The position numbers and the translations under genes are program-made. A stretch of DNA of 63,723 bases from Gemmatimonas sp. Lineage in GTDB: Bacteria > Krumholzibacteriota > Krumholzibacteriia > LZORAL124-64-63. Numbering within the stretch: position 1 is the stretch's first letter; each line of letters opens with the position of its first letter. The stretch covers positions 1 to 63,723 of the forward strand of contig PNOJ01000002.1 of NCBI GenBank assembly GCA_013824755.1, read 5' to 3'. Shown here in pieces: positions 34,387 to 45,481 of the stretch. Below the pieces are notes generated by a model, which saw nothing but the letters and a program-made list of their open reading frames with translations, did not search any database and had not been told where the DNA came from.

Positions 34387-35637
34387 ATGCGCTTCGCCGC
34401 CTACATCGCCCGTCGGCACCTGCGCAGCCGCCGCCGTTCCCGGTTCGTCAGCCGGGTCACGGCGACGGCCATCGCCGGCATCACGATCGGCGTCATGGTC
34501 CTGGACCTGACGCTGGCGATCATGAACGGGCTGCACGTCGAACTGCGCCGCACCTTCGTCGACAACATGCCCATGGTGACGATCGTCTCGACGCGCCCCG
34601 AGGGCCTGCGGGACGTGGGCGCGGTCATGGACCGCATCGGCGCCGTGCCCGGCGTGGAGGGCGTGGCCCCCTTCGTGCGCCAGGAGGTGGTCGCCAGCTT
34701 CGGCCGCCGCGGCGTGCCGGCCCAGCACCGCGCCGCCGTGGTCTGGGGCGTCGAGCCCGACCTGCAGGAGGCGGTGACCCCGCTGTCGCGGCACCTGCTG
34801 CCGCCCGAAGGCAGCCTGCGCGCCCTGCGCGGCGCCGCCGGCGCGCCGGCGGTGGTGGTGGGCGCCGAGCTGGCCGCCTCGCTCTACGCGGGCCTCGGCG
34901 ACACCCTGGTGATCACCACGCCCCGCGGCGAACTCGACCTGCAGAACCTGGCCTCGGAGAGCCGGCGTTTCGTGGTCGCCGGCTTCCTGGACACCGGCCT
35001 CTACGACTTCGACGCCCGCTTCGTCTACATGCCGCTGGCGGCGGCGCAGGAGTTCTTCGGCTACGCGCCCGGCGGGGTCACGGCGGTCGGCGTGCGCGCC
35101 CGCGACATGATGGCGGCGCCCGCGCTCGGCGAGGCCATCCGCCGCGAGCTGGGCCCCTTCGACTACGCCGCCAACGACTGGATCGAGCTGAACCGCAACC
35201 TCTTCGACTGGGTCCGCTACGAGAAGGTCATGATGTTCCTGCTGCTGGGGCTGGTGATCCTGGTCGCGGCCTTCAACATCGTGGGCATCCTGACCATGAT
35301 GGTGGGAGAGCGGCGGCGCGAGATCGGCATCCTGCTGTCCATGGGCGCGCGGCGCCGCCAGATCCAGACGATCTTCCTGATCGAGGGGTGCTACGTCGGC
35401 TTCTGGGGCACGGCGCTCGGCACGCTGCTGGGCTGGCTGGGCACCGTGTACCTCGACAAGGTCGGCATCCGCATCCCCGGCGACGTCTACTTCATGGACC
35501 ACGTGCCGGTCGTGGCCCAGGCGGGGGATTTCCTGGGCGTGGCCGCGGCCGCGCTGGTCATCACCCTGCTGGCGACGCTGCTGCCCAGCGGCGAGGCCGC
35601 GCGCCTGCGGCCCATGGACATCATCCGCTACACCTAG
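34387..35637 (+). CDS. lolC: lipoprotein-releasing ABC transporter permease (LolC/LolE, FtsX-like)
   Basis: 416 aa. N-terminus AARHLRSRRRSRF. MacB-type periplasmic domain. FtsX C-terminal helices. Confidence 0.85.
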   Translation: MRFAAYIARRHLRSRRRSRFVSRVTATAIAGITIGVMVLDLTLAIMNGLHVELRRTFVDNMPMVTIVSTRPEGLRDVGAVMDRIGAVPGVEGVAPFVRQEVVASFGRRGVPAQHRAAVVWGVEPDLQEAVTPLSRHLLPPEGSLRALRGAAGAPAVVVGAELAASLYAGLGDTLVITTPRGELDLQNLASESRRFVVAGFLDTGLYDFDARFVYMPLAAAQEFFGYAPGGVTAVGVRARDMMAAPALGEAIRRELGPFDYAANDWIELNRNLFDWVRYEKVMMFLLLGLVILVAAFNIVGILTMMVGERRREIGILLSMGARRRQIQTIFLIEGCYVGFWGTALGTLLGWLGTVYLDKVGIRIPGDVYFMDHVPVVAQAGDFLGVAAAALVITLLATLLPSGEAARLRPMDIIRYT

Positions 35638-35647
35638 AGAGGCGACG

Positions 35648-36338
35648 GTGGCACCCATCCTCGAAGCCCGCCGGCTGGACAAGAGCTTCCCCCGCGCCGG
35701 GGGGGCCGTGACCGTCCTGCAGGGCTGCGACTTCGCGCTGGCGGCCGGAGAACGTCGCCATCATCGGCCCCAGCGGCGCCGGCAAGAGCACCTTCCTGAA
35801 CCTGGTCAGCGGCCTGGACGCCCCGACCGCCGGCGAGATCCTCTACGAGGAGAGGCCGCTGACCGGCCTGGGCGCCGACGGCTGGGCCGACTGGCGCCGC
35901 GCCTGCGTCGGCTTCGTCTTCCAGTTCCACTTCCTGCTGCCGGACTTCTCCGCCCTGGAGAACGTCCTGCTGCCGGCGCGGCTGCGCGGCGAGGCCGGGC
36001 CGGCGGCGCGTGCGCGGGCGCTGATGCTGCTGGACCGGATGGGCCTGGGCGACCGGGCCGGCCACCTCCCCGGCGAGCTGTCCGGCGGCGAGCAGCAGCG
36101 CGTCGCGGTGGCCCGCGCCTACATGAACGCGCCGCGGCTCGTGCTCGCCGACGAGCCCTTCGGCAACCTCGACCTGCAGAAGGGCCGCGAGCTGGCCGAC
36201 CTGCTGCTGTCCCTGGGCCGGGACGAGGGCAGCTCCCTGATCGTGGTGACCCACGACCTGACCCTGGCCGCCCGCACCGACCGCATCCTGGAGCTGCGCG
36301 ACGGCCGCCTGGCCGCGGCTCCCGCCGGCCTGGGATGA
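35648..36338 (+). pseudogene. lolD: lipoprotein-releasing ABC transporter ATP-binding protein, frame broken by a small indel near 35744-35750
   Basis: GTG 35648 gives VAPILEARRLDKSF...LQGCDFALAAG. It continues only in the next frame: ENVAIIGPSGAGKSTFLN ... LSGGEQQRVAVARA ... LVLADEP (ORF 36024..36338 is its tail). Confidence 0.85.
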
Positions 36339-36491
36339 CCATCGCGCGCTCAAGCCGTTCCGACGCCGACCGATAACCTCGGGGAGCACCCCCGCCGGTG
36401 GTCCCGGCGGGCGACCTGCTGTATATTGAGCGCGGCGACGGCAAGATCCCCGCCACGCGGCGGCCAGCACGGCGAACGGAGGCGCGAGAGC

Positions 36492-38972
36492 ATGAACGAC
36501 CGCTTCACCCAGAGAGTGCGCAAGGTCCTGTTCCTGGCCCGCGACGAGGCCGGCCGGATGCAGCACGACTACATCGGCACCGAGCACCTGCTGCTGGGGA
36601 TCATCCGCGAGGGCGAGGGCATCGCCGCGCGGGTCCTGCAGCGCCTCGGCGTCGACTTCGTGCAGATCCAGCAGTCGATCGAGGAGATCGTCAACCCGCA
36701 GAGCGGGACGATCACCATCGGCGAGATCCCGTTCACGCCGCGCGCCAAGCGCGTGCTGGAGATCTCCATCGACGAGGCCCGCATCCACAACCACAACTAC
36801 GTGGGCACCGAGCACCTCCTGCTGGCCCTGATCAAGGAGGGGGAGGGCGTCGCCGCGCGCGTCCTGCAGGAGCTGGGCGCCGACCACGAGAAGGTCCGCC
36901 GCGAGGTCCTGAAGATGCTGGGCACGGTCGAGCGGCCCGCCGACGCCGACAAGGCGGTCAAGAAGCAGGAGACGCCGGTCCTCGACCAGTTCGGCCGCAA
37001 CCTCACCGACATGGCCCGCGACGGCAAGCTCGACCCGACCATCGGCCGCAACCGCGAGATCGAGCGCGTGATCCAGATCCTGTCGCGCCGCAAGAAGAAC
37101 AACCCGGTGCTGATCGGCGATCCGGGCGTGGGCAAGACCGCCATCGCCGAGGGCCTCGCCTCGCGCATCGTCGAAGGCAAGGTGCCGGGCACCCTGCGCG
37201 ACAAGGAGATCGTCACCCTCGACCTCGCCAGCGTGGTGGCCGGCACCAAGTACCGCGGCCAGTTCGAGGAGCGCCTCAAGCAGATCATGGCCGAGATCCG
37301 CGAGAACGAGCACATCATCCTGTTCATCGACGAGCTGCACACGATCGTCGGGGCGGGCGGCGCCGAGGGCGCCATCGACGCCTCCAACATGCTCAAGCCG
37401 GCGCTCTCGCGCGGCGAGATCCAGTGCATCGGCGCCACGACGATGGACGAGTTCCGCAAGCACATCGAGAAGGACGGGGCGCTGGAGCGCCGCTTCCAGA
37501 CCGTGATCGTCAATCCGCCCAGCGAGGAGGAGACCGTCGCCATCCTCTTCGGCCTGCGCGACCGCTACGAGGCCCACCACCGCGTCAAGTTCGACGACGA
37601 GGCGATCAAGGCCGCGGTCTGGCTGAGCAACCGCTACATCTCCGGCCGCGCCCTGCCCGACAAGGCGATCGACGTCATCGACGAGGCCGGCTCGCGGGCC
37701 CGCCTGTCGATGGCCGTGGTGCCGCCCGACCTGCGCCAGATGGAGAACCAGATCAACGAGGTGGTCAAGGAGAAGGAGGCCGCCATCCAGGCCCAGGAGT
37801 TCGAGAAGGCCGCCCGCTTCCGCGACGAGGAGAAGGAGCTCAAGCGCCAGCTCGGGGACCTCAAGAAGAACTGGAAGGTCGAGTCGAGCGACAGCGCCGC
37901 CATCGTCGACACCCGCCTGGTCTGCCGCGTCATCGCCGACATCACGGGCATTCCGGTGTCCGAGGTGGAGGAGGAGGAGACCCGCAAGCTCCTGCGCATG
38001 GAGGAGGAGCTGGGCAAGTGGATCATCGGGCAGTCCGGCGCGCTCGACGCCGTCTCCAAGGCCATCCGGCGCAATCGGGCGGGCTTGCGGGATCCCCGCC
38101 GTCCCATCGGCTCCTTCCTGTTCACCGGCCCCACCGGCGTCGGCAAGACCGAGGTCGCGCGGCGGCTGGCCGAGTTCATGTTCGGCGACCAGACGTCGCT
38201 GATCCGCGTCGACATGAGCGAGTACATGGAGAAGTTCTCCGTCTCGCGCCTGGTCGGCGCCCCCCCCGGCTACGTCGGCTACGACGAGGGCGGCATGCTC
38301 ACCGAGAAGGTGCGCCGCAAGCCGTACGCGGTGATCCTGCTGGACGAGATCGAGAAGGCGCACCACGACGTCTTCAACATCCTGCTGCAGGTCCTCGAGG
38401 ACGGCCAGCTGACCGACAGCTTCGGCCGCACCGTCGACTTCAAGAACACGGTCCTGATCATGACCTCGAACGTGGGCAGCCGCCGGGCCAAGGAGAGCAA
38501 GCCGCTGGGCTTCGACTCCGAGCAGAAGGGCTACCACGACACGCGCCTGCGCTCGGTGGTCGACCAGGACCTCAAGCGCACCTTCAGCCCCGAGTTCCTG
38601 AACCGCGTCGACGAGCTGATCTTCTTCAATTCGCTGGGACAGAAGGAGATGCACGACATCGTCGAGATCATGCTCCTGGACGTCAACAAGCGGCTCAAGA
38701 ACATGGCGATCGTGTTCGAGTTCTCGCCGGCGGCGAAGGACTTCCTCTGCCGCGTGGGCTACGATCCCGAGCAGGGCGCACGCCCCCTGCGCCGCGCCAT
38801 CCAGAAGTACGTCGAGGACCCGTTGAGCGAGAAGCTGCTGCGCGGCGAGATCCGCAGCGGGAGCGTGCTGCGCGTCGACGCGGGCAACGACAAGCTCACC
38901 TTCGCCATCGAGGCGCACCCGGAGATCGGGGCGCCGGCGGCCCTGACGGTGGACCCGGTCGCCGGGGCCTGA
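36492..38972 (+). CDS. clpC: ATP-dependent Clp protease ATP-binding subunit ClpC-type (double Clp-N, two AAA+ modules, UVR-like middle motif)
   Basis: ATG 36492 within ORF 36426..38972. Motifs: [10 protein letters not shown] and [10 protein letters not shown] repeats, [35 protein letters not shown]. Confidence 0.93.
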   Translation: MNDRFTQRVRKVLFLARDEAGRMQHDYIGTEHLLLGIIREGEGIAARVLQRLGVDFVQIQQSIEEIVNPQSGTITIGEIPFTPRAKRVLEISIDEARIHNHNYVGTEHLLLALIKEGEGVAARVLQELGADHEKVRREVLKMLGTVERPADADKAVKKQETPVLDQFGRNLTDMARDGKLDPTIGRNREIERVIQILSRRKKNNPVLIGDPGVGKTAIAEGLASRIVEGKVPGTLRDKEIVTLDLASVVAGTKYRGQFEERLKQIMAEIRENEHIILFIDELHTIVGAGGAEGAIDASNMLKPALSRGEIQCIGATTMDEFRKHIEKDGALERRFQTVIVNPPSEEETVAILFGLRDRYEAHHRVKFDDEAIKAAVWLSNRYISGRALPDKAIDVIDEAGSRARLSMAVVPPDLRQMENQINEVVKEKEAAIQAQEFEKAARFRDEEKELKRQLGDLKKNWKVESSDSAAIVDTRLVCRVIADITGIPVSEVEEEETRKLLRMEEELGKWIIGQSGALDAVSKAIRRNRAGLRDPRRPIGSFLFTGPTGVGKTEVARRLAEFMFGDQTSLIRVDMSEYMEKFSVSRLVGAPPGYVGYDEGGMLTEKVRRKPYAVILLDEIEKAHHDVFNILLQVLEDGQLTDSFGRTVDFKNTVLIMTSNVGSRRAKESKPLGFDSEQKGYHDTRLRSVVDQDLKRTFSPEFLNRVDELIFFNSLGQKEMHDIVEIMLLDVNKRLKNMAIVFEFSPAAKDFLCRVGYDPEQGARPLRRAIQKYVEDPLSEKLLRGEIRSGSVLRVDAGNDKLTFAIEAHPEIGAPAALTVDPVAGA

Positions 38973-38995
38973 TCCGGGCCGCAGCGGGAGCGTGG

Positions 38996-39027
38996 GCGGG
39001 GAGCCGGCGGCTCCCCGCTCTTGCGTT
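38996..39027 (+). terminator. GC-rich hairpin downstream of clpC (candidate intrinsic terminator, weak T-tract)
   Basis: GCGGGGAGC-loop-GCTCCCCGC followed by TCTTGCGTT. Confidence 0.45.
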
Positions 39028-39105
39028 CGGGACCCGCGACGTCCACATTCGGGGGGAACCCCGCGGGCGGCCGCGCGTTGAACCCGCCGACGGCGCGCTG
39101 CGCTG

Positions 39106-39134
39106 TTGCCGGGGCGCGTACCCTCTGCTACCAT
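39106..39134 (+). promoter_or_regulatory. candidate promoter for bamA (TTGCCG-N17-TACCAT)
   Basis: Hexamers at 39106-39111 and 39129-39134, ~48 nt upstream of ATG 39182. Confidence 0.3.
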
Positions 39135-39181
39135 GCCCCGGTTTTCCGCGGCTGCTCCGCACCTCGAACCGGAAAGACGGG

Positions 39182-41485
39182 ATGAACCTCCACTGGACCC
39201 AGCGCGCGGCCGTCCTGGCGATCGCCGCCGCCTGCCTGGCGGGCGCGGCCGCCGCCGCCCCGATCACGGCCATCGAGGTGGTCGGCGCCCGGACCGTCGG
39301 CGCGCGCCAGGTGGCGTCGTGGTCGGAGCTGGAGGAGGGGCGCGAGTACTCGCCCGACCTGGTGGCCGCGGCCATCCGCAACCTCTTCGCCACCGGCAAG
39401 TTCGCCGACGTGCGGGTCTACCGGCAGGTCGAGGCGGCGGGCGTGCGCCTCACGATCAACCTGCAGGAGTTCCCCCGCATCCGCCAGGTGGTCTTCCGCG
39501 GCAACGAGAAGGTCAAGGAGGAGGACCTGCGCACGGCGTACCCGCCGGCGGTCGGCCAGTTCGCCAACCCGGCGGTGCTGACCCGCGAGCTCGAACCGCT
39601 GCGCGTCCTCTACCAGGAAAAGGGCTACTACAGCATGGCCGCCCACCTCGACTCCTCGACGGTGGACGCCGGCAACCTCGAGACGGTCGTGGTGACGATC
39701 GACGAGGGCGGCAAGATCAAGGCCCGCCGCATCGAGTTCGAGGGCAACGCGGTCTTCACCGACGAGCAGCTGCGCAAGCAGATGAAGCAGTCCACGGGCG
39801 GCTTCCTCAAGAGCGCCACCTTCAAGAAGCAGCAGTTCGAGGCGGACAAGGCGCGCATCGTCGCCTGGTACCAGGACCACGGCTACCTCGACGCGACGGT
39901 CGACGCGGACGAGCTGGCCTTCGTCGAGGACCGCGCGAAGGTCGACCTGACCCTGCGCGTCACCGAGGGCCCGCTCTACAGCGTCGGCGACGTGAACTGG
40001 GAGGGCAACGTCGTCTACGACGACATCGCCGTCGCGCGGCTGATCACGCTGGAGAAGGGCCGGACCTTCCGCGAGGGCGAGTACCAGGAGACCCTGCAGG
40101 CCCTGCACTCGCTGTACTGGGACTCGGGCTACATCTACATCACCATCGAGCCGGAGCGGCACATCCGCGACCAGGTCGTCGGGCTCACCTTCCGCTTCCA
40201 CGAGGGCTCGCCGGCGCGGGTGCGCAGCGTCCAGGTCGTCGACAACCTGAAGACCCACGACGCCGTGGTCCTGCGCGAGATGCAGGTCTTCCCGGGGGAC
40301 GTGTTCAGCAACTCCCTGGTCGGCCTCTCGCAGCGCGACATCTTCCAGCTGGGCTTCTTCGAGGACGTGCAGGTCGACTTCGCGCCCGCGGACACCGAGG
40401 GCGACATCGACCTCGTGATGAAGGTCAAGGAGAAGCAGACCGGGCAGTTCTCCTTCGGCATGGCCTACAGCGCCCAGACCTCGGCGACCGGGTTCATCCA
40501 GGTCCAGGAGACCAATTTCCGGGGCCGCGGCCAGAACCTGGGCGTGGCCTGGCAGTTCGGCTCGCGGCAGCGCTACGTCGACCTGAACTTCACCGAGCCC
40601 TGGTTCCGCGGCACCCCGACGCTGGTCGGGGCCGACCTCTTCGACCGCTACCAGTACAACTTCGACGACTTCTACGAGAGCCGCGTCAGGGGGCTCGCCC
40701 TGCGCCTCGGCCGCCGCATCCCCGGCACCCGCTACTCGCGCGTCGGCCTGCGCTACGAGCTGTCCGAGACGCGCCTGTCGAACTTCAGCTCGGCCTACGT
40801 GAACTACCTCGACGTGCTCGAGGACCAGATCGGCGCCGACGGCATCCCCTACGAGCGCCTCGACGAGGTCGACTGGCCGCGCACCAAGAGCTCGGTCACC
40901 CTGAGCCTGTCGCGCAACTCCACCGACAACCCCTTCTTCCCGACGCAGGGGTCGAAGACCACCTACAGCGCCGAGCTGTCGGGCGGCCTGCTCGGCGGCG
41001 AGATCGACTACCACAAGCACGAGCTGAAGCAGTCCTACTTCCAGAAGCTGCCCGGGGGCTTCGCCCTGAACCTGCGCACCTCGCTGGGCCTGATCGTGGG
41101 CCTGGGTTCGGCGGACGGCGTGCCGGACTACGAGAAGTTCCGCCTCGGCGGCAACCGGATCTACCCGCTGCGGGGGTACCGGGACCTGGAGGTCGTGCCC
41201 CGGGGCAACCCCGGCTTCATCGGCGGGCGCTTCTACACGATCATGAACGCCGAGATCCTCTATCCCTTGACGAAGGCCGTCCAGCTGCTAGGTTTCGTCG
41301 ATCAGGGCGACACCTGGAACAGCTTCACCGAGGCCGACTTCACGAACCTGCGCAAGGGCGCCGGCTTCGGCGTGCGCGTCGAGGTGCCCATGATGGGCAC
41401 GATCGGCTTCGACTACGGCTACGGGTTCGATCGCGCCGGCGGGGCCGGCTGGGAACCGCACTTCAACTTCGGCACCTTCTTCTAG
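39182..41485 (+). CDS. bamA: outer-membrane protein assembly factor BamA
   Basis: ATG 39182 lies inside the artefactual 1695-aa ORF 36398..41485. Signal peptide, POTRA repeats, C-terminal beta-barrel ending ...FNFGTFF. Confidence 0.93.
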   Translation: MNLHWTQRAAVLAIAAACLAGAAAAAPITAIEVVGARTVGARQVASWSELEEGREYSPDLVAAAIRNLFATGKFADVRVYRQVEAAGVRLTINLQEFPRIRQVVFRGNEKVKEEDLRTAYPPAVGQFANPAVLTRELEPLRVLYQEKGYYSMAAHLDSSTVDAGNLETVVVTIDEGGKIKARRIEFEGNAVFTDEQLRKQMKQSTGGFLKSATFKKQQFEADKARIVAWYQDHGYLDATVDADELAFVEDRAKVDLTLRVTEGPLYSVGDVNWEGNVVYDDIAVARLITLEKGRTFREGEYQETLQALHSLYWDSGYIYITIEPERHIRDQVVGLTFRFHEGSPARVRSVQVVDNLKTHDAVVLREMQVFPGDVFSNSLVGLSQRDIFQLGFFEDVQVDFAPADTEGDIDLVMKVKEKQTGQFSFGMAYSAQTSATGFIQVQETNFRGRGQNLGVAWQFGSRQRYVDLNFTEPWFRGTPTLVGADLFDRYQYNFDDFYESRVRGLALRLGRRIPGTRYSRVGLRYELSETRLSNFSSAYVNYLDVLEDQIGADGIPYERLDEVDWPRTKSSVTLSLSRNSTDNPFFPTQGSKTTYSAELSGGLLGGEIDYHKHELKQSYFQKLPGGFALNLRTSLGLIVGLGSADGVPDYEKFRLGGNRIYPLRGYRDLEVVPRGNPGFIGGRFYTIMNAEILYPLTKAVQLLGFVDQGDTWNSFTEADFTNLRKGAGFGVRVEVPMMGTIGFDYGYGFDRAGGAGWEPHFNFGTFF

Positions 41486-41522
41486 GACGCCGGACAACGC
41501 GCCCCTCGGCGCCGGAGGTATC

Positions 41523-42059
41523 ATGAACCGCACCCCGATCTCAAGCGCCGCCGCCGCGCTCTGCCTCGCCTGCCTGCTGGCGCCTCTGGGCGCCGCCGCC
41601 AAGGAGGTCAAGCCCCTGGCGGTGGTCGATTCCGAGCGCATCGTCCAGGAGTACGGCGCGGCCCGCGACGCGCAGTCCCAGTACCAGAAGTTCCTGCAGG
41701 GCCTGGAGCAGGACATCAGCGACCGCGAGAAGGACCTGCAGCGCGCCGCCGAGCAGATCGAAAGCCAGCGCATGCTGCTGGGGGAGGACGCCCTGCGGGC
41801 GAAGATGCAGGAGTTCGAGAGCCAGAAGGCCGACTACTACCAGTTCCGGCAGGGTCTCGAGGGCCGCGCCGAGAGCGAGTACAAGGCCAAGATCCAGCCC
41901 ATCATCGACCAGGTGAAGCTCATCGCCGAACGGATCGGCAAGGAGCAGGGGTACGGGATCATCGTGGACGCCGCCTCGCTGACCACCCTGTACATCGACG
42001 CCGAGGTGGACCTGACCGACGAGGTCCTGTCGGCCCTGGTCAGCGGCACGGAGAAGTGA
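41523..42059 (+). CDS. skp: periplasmic chaperone Skp/OmpH
   Basis: 178 aa. Signal peptide and coiled-coil OmpH pattern. Canonical position between bamA and lpxD. Confidence 0.85.
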   Translation: MNRTPISSAAAALCLACLLAPLGAAAKEVKPLAVVDSERIVQEYGAARDAQSQYQKFLQGLEQDISDREKDLQRAAEQIESQRMLLGEDALRAKMQEFESQKADYYQFRQGLEGRAESEYKAKIQPIIDQVKLIAERIGKEQGYGIIVDAASLTTLYIDAEVDLTDEVLSALVSGTEK

Positions 42060-42189
42060 GGACTGTTTTCGGTTGACACCCGGGGTCCGCCGCACGACAT
42101 TTTGATCGTCTTTTTCATCGAGCGACGCGCCCCCCTTCGTTCGCGAACCGGACGGAGCGGGGCCGTTTCATGATCGGGGATCAGGCCGC

Positions 42190-43242
42190 ATGGGCTACCG
42201 ACTGAGCGAACTCGCTGCACGATTGGGCGTGCCCTGGGAGGGACCGGACGATCCGGAGATCCTGGGGGTGGCCGGGTTCGAGGACGCCGGCCCCGGCGAC
42301 CTCACCTTCGCGGGCGATCGCCAGCGCGAATCGGTCCTGGCGGGCGCCGGCGCCGCTGCCGTCGTGGTGCGACCCGGCGTGCCGTGCCCGTTGCCGGCGC
42401 TGAGGGCCGACGACCCCCGGGCCGTCTTCACGCAGGTCCTGGCCCTGTACGCGCCGGCCCTGTCGCGCGTGTTTCCCGATGGCCGCCACCCGACGGCCGT
42501 GGTGGATCCGACCGCCGACGTGGCCCCCGACGTCGCCCTGGGGCCCTACTGCGTGGTGGGTCCCGGCGCCAGGATCGGCGCCGGCTGCCGGTTGGGCCCC
42601 CACGTGGTGGTCGAAGCCGACGCGGTCCTGGGCCGGAACTGCCTGCTGCACGCGGCCGCGCAGGTGAGGGAGCGCTGTGTCCTGGGCGACGAGGTGATCC
42701 TGCACGGCGGGTCCGTGGTCGGCAGCGACGGGTTCGGCTTCCATCCCGGCTGCACGGGTCTGGTGAAGATCCCGCAGATCGGGATCGTCATCCTCGGCGC
42801 ACGGGTCGAGGTCGGCGCCAACACGTGCATCGACCGCGCCACCACCGGCGTGACCCGCGTCGGCGAGGGCACCAAGCTGGACAACCTGGTCCAGATCGCC
42901 CACAACGTGACGGTGGGCCGCCACTGCGCCATCTCGGCCCAGACCGGGATCTCGGGCAGCTGCCGCCTGGGCGACGGGGTGACCCTGGGCGGCCAGGTCG
43001 GCATGGCCGACCATCTGGCGCTGGGGGACGGGGTCAAGGTGGCGGCCAAGAGCGGGATCACCCGCGACGTGCCCGCCGGGCAGTCGATCTTCGGCTACCC
43101 GGCGATCGAGTTCCGCAAGGGTTTCAAGGTCGTGGCCCTCACGCACCGGCTGCCGGAGCTGTTCCAGCGCCTGGCCAAGGTCGAGGCCGCGCTGGGACGC
43201 CGCCGCGAGGGCAAGCCGGCCGACGCCGTGCGCGACGACTGA
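42190..43242 (+). CDS. lpxD: UDP-3-O-acylglucosamine N-acyltransferase
   Basis: 350 aa. LpxD N-domain, left-handed beta-helix hexapeptide repeats, C-terminal helix. Confidence 0.9.
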   Translation: MGYRLSELAARLGVPWEGPDDPEILGVAGFEDAGPGDLTFAGDRQRESVLAGAGAAAVVVRPGVPCPLPALRADDPRAVFTQVLALYAPALSRVFPDGRHPTAVVDPTADVAPDVALGPYCVVGPGARIGAGCRLGPHVVVEADAVLGRNCLLHAAAQVRERCVLGDEVILHGGSVVGSDGFGFHPGCTGLVKIPQIGIVILGARVEVGANTCIDRATTGVTRVGEGTKLDNLVQIAHNVTVGRHCAISAQTGISGSCRLGDGVTLGGQVGMADHLALGDGVKVAAKSGITRDVPAGQSIFGYPAIEFRKGFKVVALTHRLPELFQRLAKVEAALGRRREGKPADAVRDD

Positions 43243-43262
43243 CGCGGGGGAGGAAGACCGAC

Positions 43263-44576
43263 GTGCTCATCCTGCAGAAGACGCTGGGCCGCCGCGTGTC
43301 GATGACCGGTCGGGGACTGCATTCCGGTTCCGAGGCCGCGGTCGCCTTCTGCCCGGCGCCGCCCAACACCGGCCTGGTGTTCCGCGTGCCGGGACCCGAC
43401 GGGCCGGTGGAGATCCCGGCCCGCGTCGAGTGCGTGCCGGCGGGCCACCGCGGCGTGCGCAACACCACGCTCGAGCGCGACGGCGCCCGCATCCTGACCG
43501 TGGAGCACGTGCTGTCCGCCCTGAGCGGCATGGGCGTCACCAACTGCTACGTCGAGCTGGACGGGCCCGAACCCCCGGAGCCTCGCGCCGGCAGCACGCT
43601 GGAGTTCGTGGCCCTGCTGGACGAGGCCGGGATCGTGGACCAGGGCCTGCCCGCGGCCTTCCACCGGGTCGACGTGCCGGTCAGCTACCGCGACGGGGAC
43701 GTGTCGCTGGAGGTGGTTCCCGACGACGGGCTGCGCATCACCTTCCACATCGACTACGACGACCCCCTGATCGGGGTGCAGGTCGCCTCCTTCCTGATCA
43801 CGCCGGACGTCTACCGGCACGAGATCGCCCCCTGCCGCACGTTCGCCCTGCAGCGCGACGTCGAGAAGCTCAAGGCCATGGGTCTGGGCAAGGGCGGCAC
43901 CCTGGACAACGCCATGGTCGTGGCCGACGGGCAGCTGCTCAACGACACGCCGCTGCGCTTCCCGGACGAGTTCGTGCGCCACAAGATCCTGGACCTGATC
44001 GGCGACCTGGCGCTGGTGGGCGTGCCCCTGCAGGGTCACGTGACGGCGCGGCGTTCCGGCCACGACGCCAACATCAGGCTGGCGGCCCTGCTCGCGGAGA
44101 AGGAGCGGCGCGGCACGCGGATCTACCCGCCCCGCGCGCCCGTCTCCTGGGACATCGCCTCGATCATGAAGGTGATGCCGCACCGCTACCCGCTGCTGCT
44201 GGTGGACCGCATCCTGGAGCTGGAGACCGGCAAGCGTGTCGTGGGCATCAAGAACGTGTCGATCAACGAGCCGTTCTTCGTGGGGCATTTCCCCGGCCAC
44301 CCGATCATGCCGGCGGTCCTGATCACCGAGGCCATGGCCCAGGTCGGGGGCGTGCTGCTGATGAGCAGCGTGGACCACCCGGAGACGAAACTTGTTTACT
44401 TCAGCGGGATCGACGGTGCAAGATTCCGGCGACCGGTCACGCCCGGAGACCAGATCCGTTTCGAACTGGAACTCGTGAAATTGCGGGGCCCCCTCTGCAA
44501 GATGCGGGGCTGCGCCTTCGTGGACGGCGAACTGGTGGCCGAGGCCGACCTCATGTCGACGATCGTGGACCGCTGA
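43263..44576 (+). CDS. lpxC-fabZ: bifunctional UDP-3-O-acyl-GlcNAc deacetylase / 3-hydroxyacyl-ACP dehydratase (LpxC-FabZ fusion)
   Basis: GTG 43263 follows GGGGGAGGA. LpxC motifs: [28 protein letters not shown]. FabZ motifs: [29 protein letters not shown]. Confidence 0.92.
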   Translation: MLILQKTLGRRVSMTGRGLHSGSEAAVAFCPAPPNTGLVFRVPGPDGPVEIPARVECVPAGHRGVRNTTLERDGARILTVEHVLSALSGMGVTNCYVELDGPEPPEPRAGSTLEFVALLDEAGIVDQGLPAAFHRVDVPVSYRDGDVSLEVVPDDGLRITFHIDYDDPLIGVQVASFLITPDVYRHEIAPCRTFALQRDVEKLKAMGLGKGGTLDNAMVVADGQLLNDTPLRFPDEFVRHKILDLIGDLALVGVPLQGHVTARRSGHDANIRLAALLAEKERRGTRIYPPRAPVSWDIASIMKVMPHRYPLLLVDRILELETGKRVVGIKNVSINEPFFVGHFPGHPIMPAVLITEAMAQVGGVLLMSSVDHPETKLVYFSGIDGARFRRPVTPGDQIRFELELVKLRGPLCKMRGCAFVDGELVAEADLMSTIVDR

Positions 44577-44597
44577 GCGGTCCCGGGGAGGATCAAC

Positions 44598-45419
44598 GTG
44601 GCGAATCCGATCATCAAGCGCGCGGGCGAGATCAGGCCGGTCCGGCCGCCCGAGATCCACCCGACCGCGGTGGTCCATCCCGACGCCCGCCTCGGCCACG
44701 GCGTCAAGGTGGGTCCGTTCGCCATCATCGGCCCCCACGTCGAGATCGGCCCCGAGTGCGAGATCGGCTCCACGGTGCTGATCGAGGGCCACACCACGCT
44801 CGGCCGCGGCAACCGCGTCTTCCACGGCGCGGCCATCGGCACCGAGCCGCAGGACCTGAAGTACCGCGGCGAGCACAGCCAGGTCGAGATCGGCGACGAC
44901 AACGTCATCCGCGAGTACGTCACCATCCACCTCGCGACCGGCGAGAACGAGAAGACCCGCATCGGCGACGGCAACATGCTGATGGCCTACGTGCACGTGG
45001 CCCACAACTGCCTGATCCAGGACCACTGCATCCTGGCCAACGCGGTGAACCTGGCGGGGCACGTCGAGATCGGCCGCTGGGCCATCGTCGGCGGCATGAC
45101 CCCCGTCCACCAGTTCGTGCGCATCGGCGAGCACGCCTTCATCGGCGGCGGCAGCCGCATGGCGCAGGACGTGGCGCCCTACATCCGGGTCGCCGGCAAC
45201 CCGGTCGAGGTCCACGGCCTCAACAGCGTGGGCCTGAAGCGCCGCGGCTTCGACGAGGCGACGCTGCTGAACCTCAAGAACGCCTACCGCCTGCTGTTCC
45301 GCAGCGGCCTGAACGTGAGCCAGGCCCTGGAGCGGATCGCCCTGGACTGCACCCTCGACCCCTACATCGAGGAGCTGATGGCCTTCATCCGCCGTTCCGA
45401 GCGCGGCATCGTCCGCTGA
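44598..45419 (+). CDS. lpxA: acyl-ACP--UDP-GlcNAc O-acyltransferase
   Basis: 273 aa. Hexapeptide repeats; IHPTAVVHP...; C-terminal helical domain. Confidence 0.92.
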   Translation: MANPIIKRAGEIRPVRPPEIHPTAVVHPDARLGHGVKVGPFAIIGPHVEIGPECEIGSTVLIEGHTTLGRGNRVFHGAAIGTEPQDLKYRGEHSQVEIGDDNVIREYVTIHLATGENEKTRIGDGNMLMAYVHVAHNCLIQDHCILANAVNLAGHVEIGRWAIVGGMTPVHQFVRIGEHAFIGGGSRMAQDVAPYIRVAGNPVEVHGLNSVGLKRRGFDEATLLNLKNAYRLLFRSGLNVSQALERIALDCTLDPYIEELMAFIRRSERGIVR

Positions 45420-45481
45420 CGGCGGCCAGCCCAACCGGAGACGGCGTCCGCGAGGGCGCCGTCGGATCCCGGGGGAAACCG

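Noticed and set aside
36339-36491. Possible regulatory RNA or CtsR-type operator upstream of clpC
   Set aside because: Only a stable hairpin (CCCGCCGG-loop-CCGGCGGG, likely the lolD terminator) and a lone TATATT hexamer without a matching -35 were found. There is no CtsR direct repeat or known leader.
35634-39134. 1166-aa minus-strand ORF opposite lolD and clpC. The same applies to 22355-24586(-), 13047-15290(-), 43095-45434(-), 46248-48497(-), 30231-32225(-) and 60331-62478(-).
   Set aside because: All are long stop-free antisense frames of confidently identified + strand genes. Their translations are low-complexity R/G/A/P-rich and they lack RBS or start context.
36398-41485. Apparent giant 1695-aa + strand ORF
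   Set aside because: Artefact. Its first ~930 codons are an out-of-frame read-through of clpC and the intergenic region (Arg-rich junk). The real gene is bamA, starting at ATG 39182. The same explanation holds for ORFs 22420-26199 (real rimO from 24766), 43430-46666 (lpxB from 45482), 4003-6501 (from 4831), 7142-8716, 7879-9576, 9782-11848, 20623-22398 and 31968-34379.
42060-42189. AT-richer 130-bp spacer between skp and lpxD as a promoter or sRNA
   Set aside because: It contains a TTGACA hexamer but no -10 at workable spacing, and no convincing secondary structure. This is insufficient to call a feature.
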